Counted from the stretch's first letter, positions 52,416-62,236 are shown. The stretch: 64,000 nt of DNA from Candidatus Omnitrophota bacterium (GCA_028280285.1 JANQMA010000017.1:64993-128992); one strand, 5' to 3'. Numbers and translations are program-made. The notes: a model not told the origin generated them from the sequence alone.

Positions 52416-54536
52416 ATGAGTAGTAAAATCGAAATCCCGTTTGGGACGGAAAATTTAATTTTGGAAACTGGTACGTTGGCGAAACAAGCAAATGCGAGCG
52501 TGTTGGCGACAGTAGGCGGGACATCAGTATTAGTTGCGGTGGCGATGTCACCTAAAGCGAGAGAAGGTATTGATTTCTTTCCATTAATGGTTGAGTATCA
52601 AGAAAAAGCTTATGCGGCAGGTAAAATTCCTGGTGGATTTTTCAAGCGTGAAGGGCGTCCAACGGAGAAAGAAACATTAACGGCGCGCATCATTGATAGA
52701 CCAATTAGACCACTCTTCCCGGATGGGTTTTACAATGAAGTGGTTGTGACGTGCAACGTTATCAGTAGTGATGGGGAAAATGACCCTGACATTATTGCGA
52801 CCGTTGCGGCATCAGCAGCCTTGCATATCTCTGATATTCCTTTTGATGGGCCAATTGGTTCAGCCAGAGTAATCAAAAAAGAGGGTGAGGTTATCGTTAA
52901 TCCAACATACGCACAAAGAGAAGAGGCTGATCTTGAAATCTTTGTTGTCAGTGTTAAAGACGGTATTGTTATGATCGAGGGTGAAGGGCGTGAAGTTCCT
53001 GAGGCTGAGGTTGTGGAAGCGCTTGAAAATTGTCATGAAAAGATTCAACCACAAATTGAAGCACAAAATAAATGGCAAAAGGAAGTGGGTAAAGAGAAGC
53101 AAGATGTCGCGCTTTTTAATCCGCATCCTGATCTAAAAGATAAAGTTCGCGCCGCTGCCGGTGACAAACTTAAAGAAATCTATACTACAATTGAAGAAAA
53201 GGGCGCCCGTCAAGAAGCTCTTTCCGCGTTGTGGGATGGTTTAATTGAAGATAAATCACAATTTAATGATTGTTTACGTGAAGGCGAGGAGGAAGTTCCG
53301 ACAGCACATATCTTCACGATTTATGATCATATCGAATACGAAGTTGTACGTGATTTGATTTTTACAAAAAATCAACGTGCCGATGGCCGTAAAACAGATG
53401 AATTGCGTGATCTTGATTCAAAAATCGGTGTTCTTCCACGCACACATGGTTCAGCTGTTTTTACACGCGGTCAAACGCAATCATTGGCGACAACAACATT
53501 GGGAACTAAACGTGATGAGCAAATGATTGAAGGATTAACGGGGCTTAATTACCGTAACTTCATGCTTCATTACAACTTCCCGGCATTTAGTGTGGGGGAA
53601 GCGCGTGGTTCGCGTGGACCTGGTCGTCGTGAAATTGGTCATGGAGCGCTAGCGGCTAAAGCAATCCGTGGCGTTCTTCCTTCTAAAGAAGATTTTCCTT
53701 ATACAATTCGTATTGTATCTGAAATCCTTGAATCAAATGGTTCATCGAGTATGGCGAGCGTTTGTGCCGGCTGTTTGAGTTTGATGGATGCAGGTGTACC
53801 GATTACAAATCCGGTTGCCGGTATTTCGATCGGTTTGGTTCTCGGTGAGGGTGATCAATATGCTCTTTTAACCGATATTATGGGTCTAGAGGATCATCAT
53901 GGTGACATGGATTATAAAATTGCCGGTTCCACTAAAGGGATTACGGCCATTCAGCTTGACTTGAAAGTCAAAGGTCTTCCGATTAAGATTTTGACGGAAG
54001 GGATTGATCAAGCAAAGGTCGCACGCACAAAGATCCTTGAGTGTATGACGGCAACAATTGACAAACCAAAAGATGAATTATCTCAATATGCTCCACGCTT
54101 GGTAATGACGCAAGTTCCAGTTGATAAAATTGGTGAAGTTATCGGCCCGGGTGGTAAAATGATTAAAAGAATTATCGAAGAAACCGGTTGTGAAACAATT
54201 GATATTAACGATGAAGGCCAAGTAACAATCGCATCAATGGATGGTGAATCAGCTGATAAGGCTGTTGCCTTTGTTGATGGTTTAGTGGCTAAGCCTGAAG
54301 TCGGTAAAATATATGATGCTAAAGTAGCCAAGGTTGCTAACTTTGGTGTGTTTGTTGAGTTTATGCCGGGCAAGCAAGGTCTTGTTCATGTCTCGGAGAT
54401 GTCAGAAGAGTATGTCAAAGACGTCAGCACTATTGTCAAAGTTGGCGATGAGTTTAAAGTCAAATTGTTTGAAATTGACAGGCAAGGGCGCGTGAATTTA
54501 AGCAAGAAACGTGCTGAGCAGGAACTTGCTGCTTAA
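52416..54536 (+). CDS. pnp: Polyribonucleotide nucleotidyltransferase (PNPase)
   Basis: Two RNase PH domains, KH (VIGPGGKMIKRI) and S1 (GKIYDAKVAKVANFGVFVEF) domains; rpsO-pnp synteny. Confidence 0.9.
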   Translation: MSSKIEIPFGTENLILETGTLAKQANASVLATVGGTSVLVAVAMSPKAREGIDFFPLMVEYQEKAYAAGKIPGGFFKREGRPTEKETLTARIIDRPIRPLFPDGFYNEVVVTCNVISSDGENDPDIIATVAASAALHISDIPFDGPIGSARVIKKEGEVIVNPTYAQREEADLEIFVVSVKDGIVMIEGEGREVPEAEVVEALENCHEKIQPQIEAQNKWQKEVGKEKQDVALFNPHPDLKDKVRAAAGDKLKEIYTTIEEKGARQEALSALWDGLIEDKSQFNDCLREGEEEVPTAHIFTIYDHIEYEVVRDLIFTKNQRADGRKTDELRDLDSKIGVLPRTHGSAVFTRGQTQSLATTTLGTKRDEQMIEGLTGLNYRNFMLHYNFPAFSVGEARGSRGPGRREIGHGALAAKAIRGVLPSKEDFPYTIRIVSEILESNGSSSMASVCAGCLSLMDAGVPITNPVAGISIGLVLGEGDQYALLTDIMGLEDHHGDMDYKIAGSTKGITAIQLDLKVKGLPIKILTEGIDQAKVARTKILECMTATIDKPKDELSQYAPRLVMTQVPVDKIGEVIGPGGKMIKRIIEETGCETIDINDEGQVTIASMDGESADKAVAFVDGLVAKPEVGKIYDAKVAKVANFGVFVEFMPGKQGLVHVSEMSEEYVKDVSTIVKVGDEFKVKLFEIDRQGRVNLSKKRAEQELAA

Positions 54537-54540
54537 ATAC

Positions 54541-54589
54541 AGTTGCTAGTTGCTAGTTGCCAGCGACAAGCAACTAGTGACTAGCAACT
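54541..54589. repeat. Dyad repeat of AGTTGCT words (terminator-like hairpin after pnp)
   Basis: AGTTGCTAGTTGCTAGTTGCCAGCGACAAGCAACTAGTGACTAGCAACT. Confidence 0.65.
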
Positions 54590-54629
54590 ATATAGCTATC
54601 AAAGCGTTCTATTTTTCATTTCATCCTAT

Positions 54630-56945
54630 ATGAAACCAGAACACATCAGTGAAATTAAAGCTATTATAATACTTGCCGTTGGTATGATTATATTAGCGAG
54701 TTTGATTTCATTTGTCCCGGAAGACCTTCCCTGGTATACCTCCAATCCTAATGTTCCCGCGCAGAATTTAATCCGCATAACAGGCGCTTATTTAGCTGGT
54801 TCGCTTCTGTTTGTGTTTGGCTACAGTGCCTATTTTCTCGTTGTCTTTTTATTTTTTTGGGCCTGGAACAAATTTGCGCTGCGTGAACTTGAATTTACCT
54901 TTGCTAAATTCATCAGTTTTCTTGTGCTTTTTTGTGTTGTCAGTTCTTTATTCAGCATGACAGGTGGGCAGGAATCTATTTACCGGTTTGAACGGGCAGG
55001 TATTGTCGGGATGATTATTTCTGATTTTCTGATTAAGTACCTGGGTGGTGTGGGATCTTATATTGTTCTTCTTATGCTCGGTATTATGGCGCTCATTCTG
55101 ACCGGTGAATTTCTTATCACACCAGTTATTGTTGCTATGATTGAAAAAATTCAAGCGTGGTATGAAGAACAACAAACAGGCAAGAAAGCAGAACCAAAAT
55201 CTAAAGATAAGAAAACAAGTTGGTTAAAACCGAATATCAATATTAATTACGGCAAGAAGGCCGCCCAAGCCAAGGCAGAGGAGGAAGAAGAATACGAAGA
55301 CGATGAGGAATATGAGGATGAGGAAGAGTATGAGGACGACGAAGAATACGAGGATGACGAAGAATATGAAGAGGATGAAGAGTATGATGAAGATGATGAA
55401 GAGTACGAGGATGACGAGGAATACGAGGATAATGAAGAGTATGAAGATGAGGAGGAAGGTGAGCCGAATATTAAGATTCTTAAAGGATCAAAGCGCAAGG
55501 CTGTTAAAGAAAAGAAACCGGTGGGTGAATATAAAATTCCAAGCCTGGATCTTCTGGCGGATCCTCCGGAGATTCCAACCGACAGGATTCAAAGTGATTT
55601 AATCAGTGGCGCCAAATTACTTGAGTCGACCTTGGCCCAGTTCGGTGTGGCAGCCCGTGTGGCCGATATTGAGCGCGGTCCGGCGATCACACGCTATGAG
55701 CTTGAGCCGGGACCGGGGGTCAAGGTACAGAAGTTTACAACCCTTTCTGACGACATTGCGCTTGCCATGAAGGCGCCGGCCGTGCGCATCGTGGCACCAA
55801 TTCCAGGCAAGAACCGTGTTGGGATCGAAGTGCCGAACGGCTCGGCGGCCGCGGTCTTCCTTAAAGATGTCCTTTCCAGTGATGAGTTTCAAAAATCAAA
55901 ATCTAAATTAACCATTTCTTTAGGGAAAGATATTTCCGGTAAGGCGATGGTGGCTGACCTTGCCAGCATGCCGCATTTGCTGATTGCCGGGACCACCGGT
56001 GCCGGAAAGACTGTATGTGTGAACGGAATCATCATGTCGATTCTTCTTAATGCCGCGCCGGATGAGGTTAAGTTTATTATGGTTGATCCGAAGATGGTTG
56101 AGATGGCGCAGTATCAAGACATTCCGCACCTGCTGGCACCGCCTGTGACTGATTCGAAAAAGGCAGCGGCTGTGCTTAATTGGGTCGTTGGCGAGATGGA
56201 AACACGCTATAAACAACTATCGAAAGTAAAGGTGCGTAATATTCAAGGCTATAACGAAAAAAGTAGACAAGAAAAGATGCCGTATATTGTTGTTATTGTC
56301 GATGAGTTAGCGGACTTGATGCAGGTGTCAGCCAAAACAGTGGAAGGCTCTATTGCTCGTTTGGCGCAGCTGTCGCGTGCGGTGGGTATTCATCTTATTC
56401 TTGCCACGCAGCGTCCATCGGTTAATGTTATTACCGGGGTTATTAAAGCGAATTTACCGGCACGTATTTCTTTTAAGGTTGCCTCCAAGGTTGATTCGCG
56501 CACGGTCCTCGATATGAATGGCGCGGAAAGCTTGCTTGGTAAAGGAGACCTTCTTTTTATTCAGCCTGGGGATGCCAAACCAACGCGTGGGCAAGGTAAT
56601 TTTGTCAGTGATGATGAAATTAACAGCGTGATTGATTTCATTAAAGAGCAACGCGAACCTGTTTATGATGATAGTATATTGCAACAGCAAAAGGCAGGTG
56701 CGGCCGGCGGCACGGGGGAAAAAGATGAACTGTATGATGAAGCGGTGCAACTTGTTGTGGAAACGAATCAAGCATCTGTATCTATTCTGCAGCGTCGGAT
56801 GAGATTGGGTTATACACGTGCCGCGCGTCTTATTGACATGATGGAGCAAAATGGTATAGTAGGACCATATTGCGGTAGTAAAGCCCGCGATATCCTTGTT
56901 GATCGTGAACAGTGGATGGTTGAAAACATGGACAAGGACGAATAA
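54630..56945 (+). CDS. ftsK: DNA translocase FtsK/SpoIIIE with acidic EEYEDD-repeat linker
   Basis: N-terminal 4-5 TM helices, Walker A GTTGAGKT, Walker B IVVIVDELADLM, gamma-domain wHTH at C-terminus. Confidence 0.85.
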   Translation: MKPEHISEIKAIIILAVGMIILASLISFVPEDLPWYTSNPNVPAQNLIRITGAYLAGSLLFVFGYSAYFLVVFLFFWAWNKFALRELEFTFAKFISFLVLFCVVSSLFSMTGGQESIYRFERAGIVGMIISDFLIKYLGGVGSYIVLLMLGIMALILTGEFLITPVIVAMIEKIQAWYEEQQTGKKAEPKSKDKKTSWLKPNININYGKKAAQAKAEEEEEYEDDEEYEDEEEYEDDEEYEDDEEYEEDEEYDEDDEEYEDDEEYEDNEEYEDEEEGEPNIKILKGSKRKAVKEKKPVGEYKIPSLDLLADPPEIPTDRIQSDLISGAKLLESTLAQFGVAARVADIERGPAITRYELEPGPGVKVQKFTTLSDDIALAMKAPAVRIVAPIPGKNRVGIEVPNGSAAAVFLKDVLSSDEFQKSKSKLTISLGKDISGKAMVADLASMPHLLIAGTTGAGKTVCVNGIIMSILLNAAPDEVKFIMVDPKMVEMAQYQDIPHLLAPPVTDSKKAAAVLNWVVGEMETRYKQLSKVKVRNIQGYNEKSRQEKMPYIVVIVDELADLMQVSAKTVEGSIARLAQLSRAVGIHLILATQRPSVNVITGVIKANLPARISFKVASKVDSRTVLDMNGAESLLGKGDLLFIQPGDAKPTRGQGNFVSDDEINSVIDFIKEQREPVYDDSILQQQKAGAAGGTGEKDELYDEAVQLVVETNQASVSILQRRMRLGYTRAARLIDMMEQNGIVGPYCGSKARDILVDREQWMVENMDKDE

Positions 56946-57904
56946 TGAGCAAAAAGAAAGATCAAGAAGTGGATGTCGTTGAAGAAAAGTTAACCGGTGG
57001 GGCGCTCCTTAAGTCTGTACGTACGGAAAAAGGTATTTCGCTTGAGACCGTGCATGATGCAACGAAAATTCCCATGGATGCCCTGCGCGCGATTGAAGAG
57101 GGCTATACCGTTCGCACACTGACGCCCTTTTATATGAAGGGTTTCCTTAAAATTTATGCGCAGTACTTGGATGTCGAGGTATCTGAAGTTGTCGAGGATT
57201 ACAGGTCTGAAAAATTACCACCTTATATTAAAAAAGATGTGCATGAGTTTGATATTGTCGAAATAGTTAATAAGAAAATCGATAAAACAACAAAACAGAA
57301 GATCTTTATTGTCTGTGCGTATATTTTATGTTTCTTTTTGATCTTTAAAGTTATTACATTTTTTACCCATGGTAAAGAAAAAGAGCCGCAAGAACCTACG
57401 GCTGTTCAAACGCAGAGTGCTGATTTGATCGCCAAAGAAGAAAAGCTTAAGAAAGAAAAAGCGGCCCAAGAAAAGCAACAGAGGCGTGTAGACGGGCAGA
57501 AAAAGCTCGAAGCAAAACGGAAAAAAGAAGAGCAAGAGCGCAAAAAGGCGGCTGAAGAAAGGCGTAAACAAGCCGCGGCCGTACCTGCCGTTAAACCAAA
57601 GCAGCCGGAGACAGTGACGAGGATTCCTGTTGAGAATGCTATGGATAATGTGACCCTTACGGTGCGGGCTAAGAAAAACAGTTGGCTGCGTGTTTCGGCT
57701 GATGGTAATATTGTTTTTCAATCGACACTGCGTTTAGGATCGGTTGAAACATGGATGGCTGAGGAAAAAATTGAAATTTCAGGAAAAAATATTAATTCGC
57801 TTGAGTTTGAATTAAACGGCAAAATGATCGGCACGCTTGGTCGTGAAGACCGTAAGGCGAAGAAGTTAGTTGTAACTAAGGATGGATTGACGGTTACACA
57901 ATAG
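56945..57904 (+). CDS. rodZ: RodZ-like cytoskeleton protein (XRE HTH - TM - DUF4115)
   Basis: N-terminal HTH (LLKSVRTEKGISLETVHDATKIPMDALRAIEEG), single TM, Lys/Glu-rich linker, C-terminal NSWLRVSADGNIVFQSTLRLGS..EFELNGKMIG; ATGA overlap with ftsK stop. Confidence 0.55.
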   Translation: MSKKKDQEVDVVEEKLTGGALLKSVRTEKGISLETVHDATKIPMDALRAIEEGYTVRTLTPFYMKGFLKIYAQYLDVEVSEVVEDYRSEKLPPYIKKDVHEFDIVEIVNKKIDKTTKQKIFIVCAYILCFFLIFKVITFFTHGKEKEPQEPTAVQTQSADLIAKEEKLKKEKAAQEKQQRRVDGQKKLEAKRKKEEQERKKAAEERRKQAAAVPAVKPKQPETVTRIPVENAMDNVTLTVRAKKNSWLRVSADGNIVFQSTLRLGSVETWMAEEKIEISGKNINSLEFELNGKMIGTLGREDRKAKKLVVTKDGLTVTQ

Positions 57905-57915
57905 AGCAAGAAACA

Positions 57916-58011
57916 GTATTAGTGGTACGTTATCAGTGATACGTGATACGACGCAAACCGTAAACCGAATATCGGATAACGTCGTAGCACATACCACGGA
58001 TCGCGTATCAC
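57916..58011. repeat. Dyad repeat of GTGATACGT / ACGTATCAC-type words
   Basis: GTATTAGTGGTACGTTATCAGTGATACGTGATACGACG ... CGTCGTAGCACATACCACGGATCGCGTATCAC. Confidence 0.6.
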
Positions 58012-58020
58012 TTTTTTATT

Positions 58021-59319
58021 ATGAAAACCACTAAAGACTATATCAATGAGCGCAAGAACGAAGGCCGTAATGTCGGGGTGATTAACCTGGGCTGTGCGCG
58101 TAACCTGGTTGATTCGCAAACGATTATGACTAATCTCAAACGTAACGGTCATAAAATTACAAGCCTGGATCAATCAGATATTGCGATTGTCAATACATGT
58201 TCTTTTATTGATGATGCTAAACAAGAGTCGATTGATACCATTGTGGAGCTCCTTGATAAAAAGAAAAAGGGTGAGCTTAAAAAGGTTATTGTTGCAGGCT
58301 GTTTGGCGCAGCGTTATCATAAAGAATTAGCCGCAGAGTTTAAAGACATCGATGCCATTGTCGGGGCGCAGAAATTAGATTCTCATGCTATTCCATCGCA
58401 GGTGTCGATGACCCCTAAACATTTTGCCTACGTTAAGATTTCCGAGAGCTGTTACAATCATTGCAGTTTTTGCATTATTCCTAAACTTAAGGGTAAGTTT
58501 GTCTCCCGTACAATCGAATCGGTTGTCCAGGAGGTTAAGCAATTAGATGAAAAGGGAGTCAGTGAAATTAATTTGATTGGCCAGGATATAACAGCTTACG
58601 GAATGGATTTGTATAAGGAACTTAAACTCGCAGACTTACTTAAAGAAGTGGTCAAGGTTTGCCACAATATCCAATGGGTGCGTCTGCTTTATGCCTTTCC
58701 GGCGCATGTGACCGATGATCTTATCGATGTGATCGCACGGGAAGAGAAAATTTGTAATTATATTGATATTCCTTTGCAGCACATCAGCGATCATATTTTG
58801 GAAAGTATGAACCGTAATATTACGACGCAAGGCACATATGATTTGATGAATAAGTTTCGCGCTAAGATTCCTCAAGGGAGCCTGCGCACGGCTTTTATCC
58901 TCGGGCTTCCTGGAGAGACGGAGAAAGATTTCGAGGAGCTTATTGATTTTGTCAACGAAGTGAAGTTCGAAAAAGCCGGCGCCTTTGTTTATTCTCATGA
59001 GGAGGGGACGGAGGCTTTCGCTATGGCCGGGCAAGTGTCCGATGAAGTTAAGCGTGAACGGATGAATGAACTGATGCGCGTTCAGCAGCAGGTTTCAAAG
59101 GAAAAACAAGAAAGTATGATCGGCCGCACGCTGCGTGTGATGATTGATGAAATGCAAAAGGGTGAAGAAAACACATATATTGGTCGTAGTGAGTTTGATG
59201 CGCCGGATGTCGACGGAGTTGTGTATGTGCACTCCCGCGATCCGCTTGCGGCGGGGAATTTTGTGGATGTGAAAATTGTCGATGCGTATGAATACGATTT
59301 AGTAGGAGAGGTAATGTGA
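58021..59319 (+). CDS. rimO: Methylthiotransferase of the MiaB/RimO family, RimO-like (ribosomal protein S12 methylthiotransferase)
   Basis: MTTase N-domain cysteines (GCARN..NTCSF..AGC), radical SAM CYNHCSFC, C-terminal TRAM domain; RLLYAFP motif favours RimO over MiaB. Confidence 0.6.
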   Translation: MKTTKDYINERKNEGRNVGVINLGCARNLVDSQTIMTNLKRNGHKITSLDQSDIAIVNTCSFIDDAKQESIDTIVELLDKKKKGELKKVIVAGCLAQRYHKELAAEFKDIDAIVGAQKLDSHAIPSQVSMTPKHFAYVKISESCYNHCSFCIIPKLKGKFVSRTIESVVQEVKQLDEKGVSEINLIGQDITAYGMDLYKELKLADLLKEVVKVCHNIQWVRLLYAFPAHVTDDLIDVIAREEKICNYIDIPLQHISDHILESMNRNITTQGTYDLMNKFRAKIPQGSLRTAFILGLPGETEKDFEELIDFVNEVKFEKAGAFVYSHEEGTEAFAMAGQVSDEVKRERMNELMRVQQQVSKEKQESMIGRTLRVMIDEMQKGEENTYIGRSEFDAPDVDGVVYVHSRDPLAAGNFVDVKIVDAYEYDLVGEVM

Positions 59320-59906
59320 AGTGTGTTCCTAATATCTTGACGACAGCGCGTATTATTCTGACCTTTGTGTTTCTTTATTTGATTCACTTGGAAGGGTTGC
59401 AGGCAAAGGTGTTGGCGGCGAGTGTGTTTTTTGTGGCCGGATGGACGGACTTTTTTGACGGCTATTTCGCGCGTAAATACAATATTGTCTCTGACTTCGG
59501 CAAAATTATGGATCCGATTGCCGATAAGTTTTTTGTTTTGGCCGGTTTTTTTACATTTGTTCAGCTGGACTATATTCCTGTGTGGATGTTTGCCGTGATC
59601 GCGGTCCGTGAAATTTATTTAACGTATCTTCGACTGGTGGCGACACAAAAAGGTCTTGTGTTAGCCGCTGAGGGTGCCGGTAAATATAAAACAGCTTTTC
59701 AGATGCTTACCATCGGGTTTATTTTGTGGGTGATTCTAGCGGAGGAAAAGTTGGGGGGAATTATTACTGCTGCTGATGGTAATCAACATCCTTTTTGGTA
59801 TAATGGGATCGATGTTTTGATGTGGCTCGTTGTGATTCTTACAGTTTACTCAGGGTTGCAGTTTTTGTGGAATAATAAGGATAAACTATATACAAAGAGT
59901 GAGTAG
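59316..59906 (+). CDS. pgsA: CDP-diacylglycerol--glycerol-3-phosphate 3-phosphatidyltransferase
   Basis: CDP-alcohol phosphatidyltransferase motif DGYFARK..G..DPIADK; ~6 TM. Confidence 0.8.
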   Translation: MKCVPNILTTARIILTFVFLYLIHLEGLQAKVLAASVFFVAGWTDFFDGYFARKYNIVSDFGKIMDPIADKFFVLAGFFTFVQLDYIPVWMFAVIAVREIYLTYLRLVATQKGLVLAAEGAGKYKTAFQMLTIGFILWVILAEEKLGGIITAADGNQHPFWYNGIDVLMWLVVILTVYSGLQFLWNNKDKLYTKSE

Positions 59907-60003
59907 GGAATAGTGATTAGGCAGTAGTAGTTGAGTAGGGGGTAGGTTGCCTAATCCCTACGCACTATTGCCTACTAATGCCTGATGCCTACTCACTAAT
60001 CCC
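59901..60003. repeat. Dyad repeat of GAGTAGGG/GTAGG words and CCTA complements
   Basis: GAGTAGGGAATAGTGATTAGGCAGTAGTAGTTGAGTAGGGGGTAGG ... CCTAATCCCTACGCACTATTGCCTACTAATGCCTGATGCCTACTCACTAATCCC. Confidence 0.6.
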
Positions 60004-60030
60004 TTTTAAGTGTTTTACTTGGAGCAAGGT

Positions 60031-60486
60031 ATGTCGGATAAAATGATCAAAATGTTAGCGACCTGGTTTTACGTCGGTAATGCGCCGTTTGCGCCGGGGA
60101 GTATGGCGAGCATTGTCGGGGCGGCCATGGCGGTATTCCTTGCGAATAATCTGTTTTTTTTCTTTGTTGTTTTAATAGCTGTGTGTGTTTTAGGGTTTAT
60201 GGTCTCCGGCCGTATGGAGGAGATATTAAATAAAAAGGATCCGGGTTGTGTTGTCATCGATGAAGTGGCCGGGGTTATGATTGCTTTTTTTATGTTACCT
60301 GCCCAGTGGAATATTATTATTGTTGCGTACTTTTTATTTCGCGCATTTGATATGTTTAAGATTTATCCGGTTAATAAATTTGAAGAACTTGGCGGCGGAA
60401 CTGGTATAATGATGGACGATATTGTAGCAGGGATTTATACGAATGTGGTGATGCACCTGGCGATCAGGTGGGCGAATATAATTTAG
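60031..60486 (+). CDS. pgpA: Phosphatidylglycerophosphatase A
   Basis: PgpA pattern WFYVGNAPFAPGSMASIVG...DEVAG; SD GGAGCAAGG before ATG 60031; ORF-track start 60010 overlaps repeat. Confidence 0.7.
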   Translation: MSDKMIKMLATWFYVGNAPFAPGSMASIVGAAMAVFLANNLFFFFVVLIAVCVLGFMVSGRMEEILNKKDPGCVVIDEVAGVMIAFFMLPAQWNIIIVAYFLFRAFDMFKIYPVNKFEELGGGTGIMMDDIVAGIYTNVVMHLAIRWANII

Positions 60487-60757
60487 AAATTAAAAAGAAA
60501 AAGTAAAAAAGAAAATTAAGAATTAATAAATGTATTTGGTAATTGGTATTTAGTAATTGGAGGTTAATAATTTATCAATCAAATTTGTAATAAAAGTATA
60601 GTTTGAAAAAATCACGTTTTTATTAGATTTTTTTATAAACCAATTACAAATTACTAATTATCAAATACGATTTTTATTTTTTTAATTTCTTTAAATTCTC
60701 ATTTTTCTTTTTAAATTTTTATTTCTCAATTTTTAATTATCAAGCAAGGAGGAAGCA
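60487..60757. repeat. ~270-nt AT-only imperfect inverted repeat filling the intergenic spacer
   Basis: AAATTAAAAAGAAAAAGTAAAAAAGAAAATTAAGAATT vs AAATTCTCATTTTTCTTTTTAAATTTTTATTTCTCAATTTTTAATT; GGTAATTGGTATTTAGTAATTGG vs CCAATTACAAATTACTAATTATC. Confidence 0.55.
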
Positions 60758-60759
60758 AA

Positions 60760-61539
60760 ATGATGCGTTCAGGAAATCCAGCCTTAAGTGATAAGGCTTT
60801 TATGCAGCAAGGAATGTATGATTCAACCAATACCATGACATTGCAAGGAACGGTGAATAAAACGTTTGTTTTGCTCGGTCTTCTTGTATTGTCTGCGGCC
60901 TGGGTTTGGGGCAAGGTTGTCCAGCCGGCAGACGCCTTGGGTTATGAAATGGCAGCTCAATCGACGAGCACAGCGGTTATGCCGCTTATGATGGGAGGCG
61001 CCATCGGTGGTTTTATCTTGGCGATGGTGACCATTTTTAAAAAAGAATGGGCTGGGGTGACCGCGCCGTTATATGCCTTGTGTGAAGGTTTATTTGTCGG
61101 TGGTATCTCCGGAATCTTTGAAATGCAGTTTCCCGGCATTGTGATGCAAGCGGTGGGGCTTACCTTTGGGACGTTGTTTTGTTTGCTTGGGGCGTATAAA
61201 TCCGGTTTGATTAAGGCCACAGAGAATTTCAAACTGGGTGTGGTCGCGGCAACCGGAGGGATATTTGTTATCTATCTAATAAGTTTTATTATGAGTTTCT
61301 TTGGTGCGTCGATTCCACTCATCCATTCGAGCGGTCCGTTTGGCATTGCCTTTAGCCTTTTTGTGGTTGTTGTCGCGGCCCTTAATTTGGTCATGGATTT
61401 TGATTTTATTGAACGCGCGTCGGAAAGCAATGTTCCTAAATATATGGAATGGTATGGCGCTTTTGGGTTAATGGTCACCTTAATCTGGCTTTATATTGAA
61501 ATCCTTCGCTTACTTGCGAAATTACAGAGCCGTAGGTAA
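60760..61539 (+). CDS. Bax inhibitor-1/YccA family membrane protein
   Basis: 7 TM helices, N-terminal MMRSGNPALSDKAF.. and overall BI-1 family layout. Confidence 0.65.
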   Translation: MMRSGNPALSDKAFMQQGMYDSTNTMTLQGTVNKTFVLLGLLVLSAAWVWGKVVQPADALGYEMAAQSTSTAVMPLMMGGAIGGFILAMVTIFKKEWAGVTAPLYALCEGLFVGGISGIFEMQFPGIVMQAVGLTFGTLFCLLGAYKSGLIKATENFKLGVVAATGGIFVIYLISFIMSFFGASIPLIHSSGPFGIAFSLFVVVVAALNLVMDFDFIERASESNVPKYMEWYGAFGLMVTLIWLYIEILRLLAKLQSRR

Positions 61540-61542
61540 GAC

Positions 61543-61580
61543 AAAAAGCCTATTCAACTGACGCAGTTGAATAGGCTTTT
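61543..61580. terminator. Bidirectional rho-independent terminator between convergent genes
   Basis: AAAAAGCCTATTCAACTG-ACG-CAGTTGAATAGGCTTTT. Confidence 0.75.
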
Positions 61581-62046
61581 ATTCTATAAACTCCAATAAC
61601 AATTTCAATGCCTGGGTCGATGCTTTACGTTTGATAGCACTGCGGGTGCCGTCAAATACGCATTTGACGCATAAGGCTTCACTATTGGTGGCGACTGCAA
61701 TGTAGACAAGGCCAACCGGTTTGGTCTTAGTGCCGCCATCAGGACCGGCAATCCCGGTGATCCCAATTCCATAATGAGTTTTAAAGAGCCGGCGGACATT
61801 TTTGGCCATAAGAAGGGCTACTTCTTCATCAACAGCCCCTTTTTTCTTAAGGAGTGTTTTGGGGATATTAAGGACGCGCACCTTAGCTTCATTGCTATAA
61901 GTGGTGATTCCTGCCTGAAAGAAGGCGGAGCTGCCCGGCACATCTGTGAGCCGGCTAGCTAAAAGGCCGCCTGTACAGGATTCAGCTGTGGCCAGGGTTA
62001 GGCGGTCATTTATGAGTAATTGAGCGACTTTTTCTTCTGTTTTCAT
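61579..62046 (-). CDS. CinA C-terminal domain protein / nicotinamide-nucleotide amidohydrolase PncC-like
   Basis: TLATAESCTGGLLASRLTDVPGSS..ITGIAGP signature; start placed at MKTEEK (62046) rather than ORF-track 62157 because upstream region holds hairpin and promoter. Confidence 0.6.
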   Translation of the reverse strand: MKTEEKVAQLLINDRLTLATAESCTGGLLASRLTDVPGSSAFFQAGITTYSNEAKVRVLNIPKTLLKKKGAVDEEVALLMAKNVRRLFKTHYGIGITGIAGPDGGTKTKPVGLVYIAVATNSEALCVKCVFDGTRSAIKRKASTQALKLLLEFIE

Positions 62047-62095
62047 AGCGAAATACCACCACACGAACCTCGTAGGTTCGTGTGGCTTAAATGCC

Positions 62096-62124
62096 TTGAC
62101 AAGAGCGTGGCTTTCCCGTATATT
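62096..62124 (+). promoter_or_regulatory. Sigma-70-type promoter of ribBA-ribH
   Basis: TTGACA - 17 nt - TATATT; leader contains perfect 9-bp inverted repeat AAACTATTT-N6-AAATAGTTT (62175-62198). Confidence 0.45.
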
Positions 62125-62236
62125 TAGAGCTCCAATCTTATTAGTAATAATATACATTATTATATTAGAGCGGTAAACTATTTTATTGCAAATAGTTTTG
62201 TAAATTTCCCATTTAACTCATAAGCGAGGATTAATT

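Noticed and set aside
55303-55602. 99-aa KMRK-rich ORF in alternate frame of ftsK acidic repeat
   Set aside because: An artefact of the GAGGAAGAA-type repeat read in another frame; it lies inside the conserved ftsK frame.
62047-62157. Extended N-terminus of the CinA-like gene (start at 62157)
   Set aside because: The extension would be translated through a stable hairpin (62059-62085) and the ribBA -35 region, and adds no conserved residues; MKTEEK (62046) fits CinA C-domain proteins.
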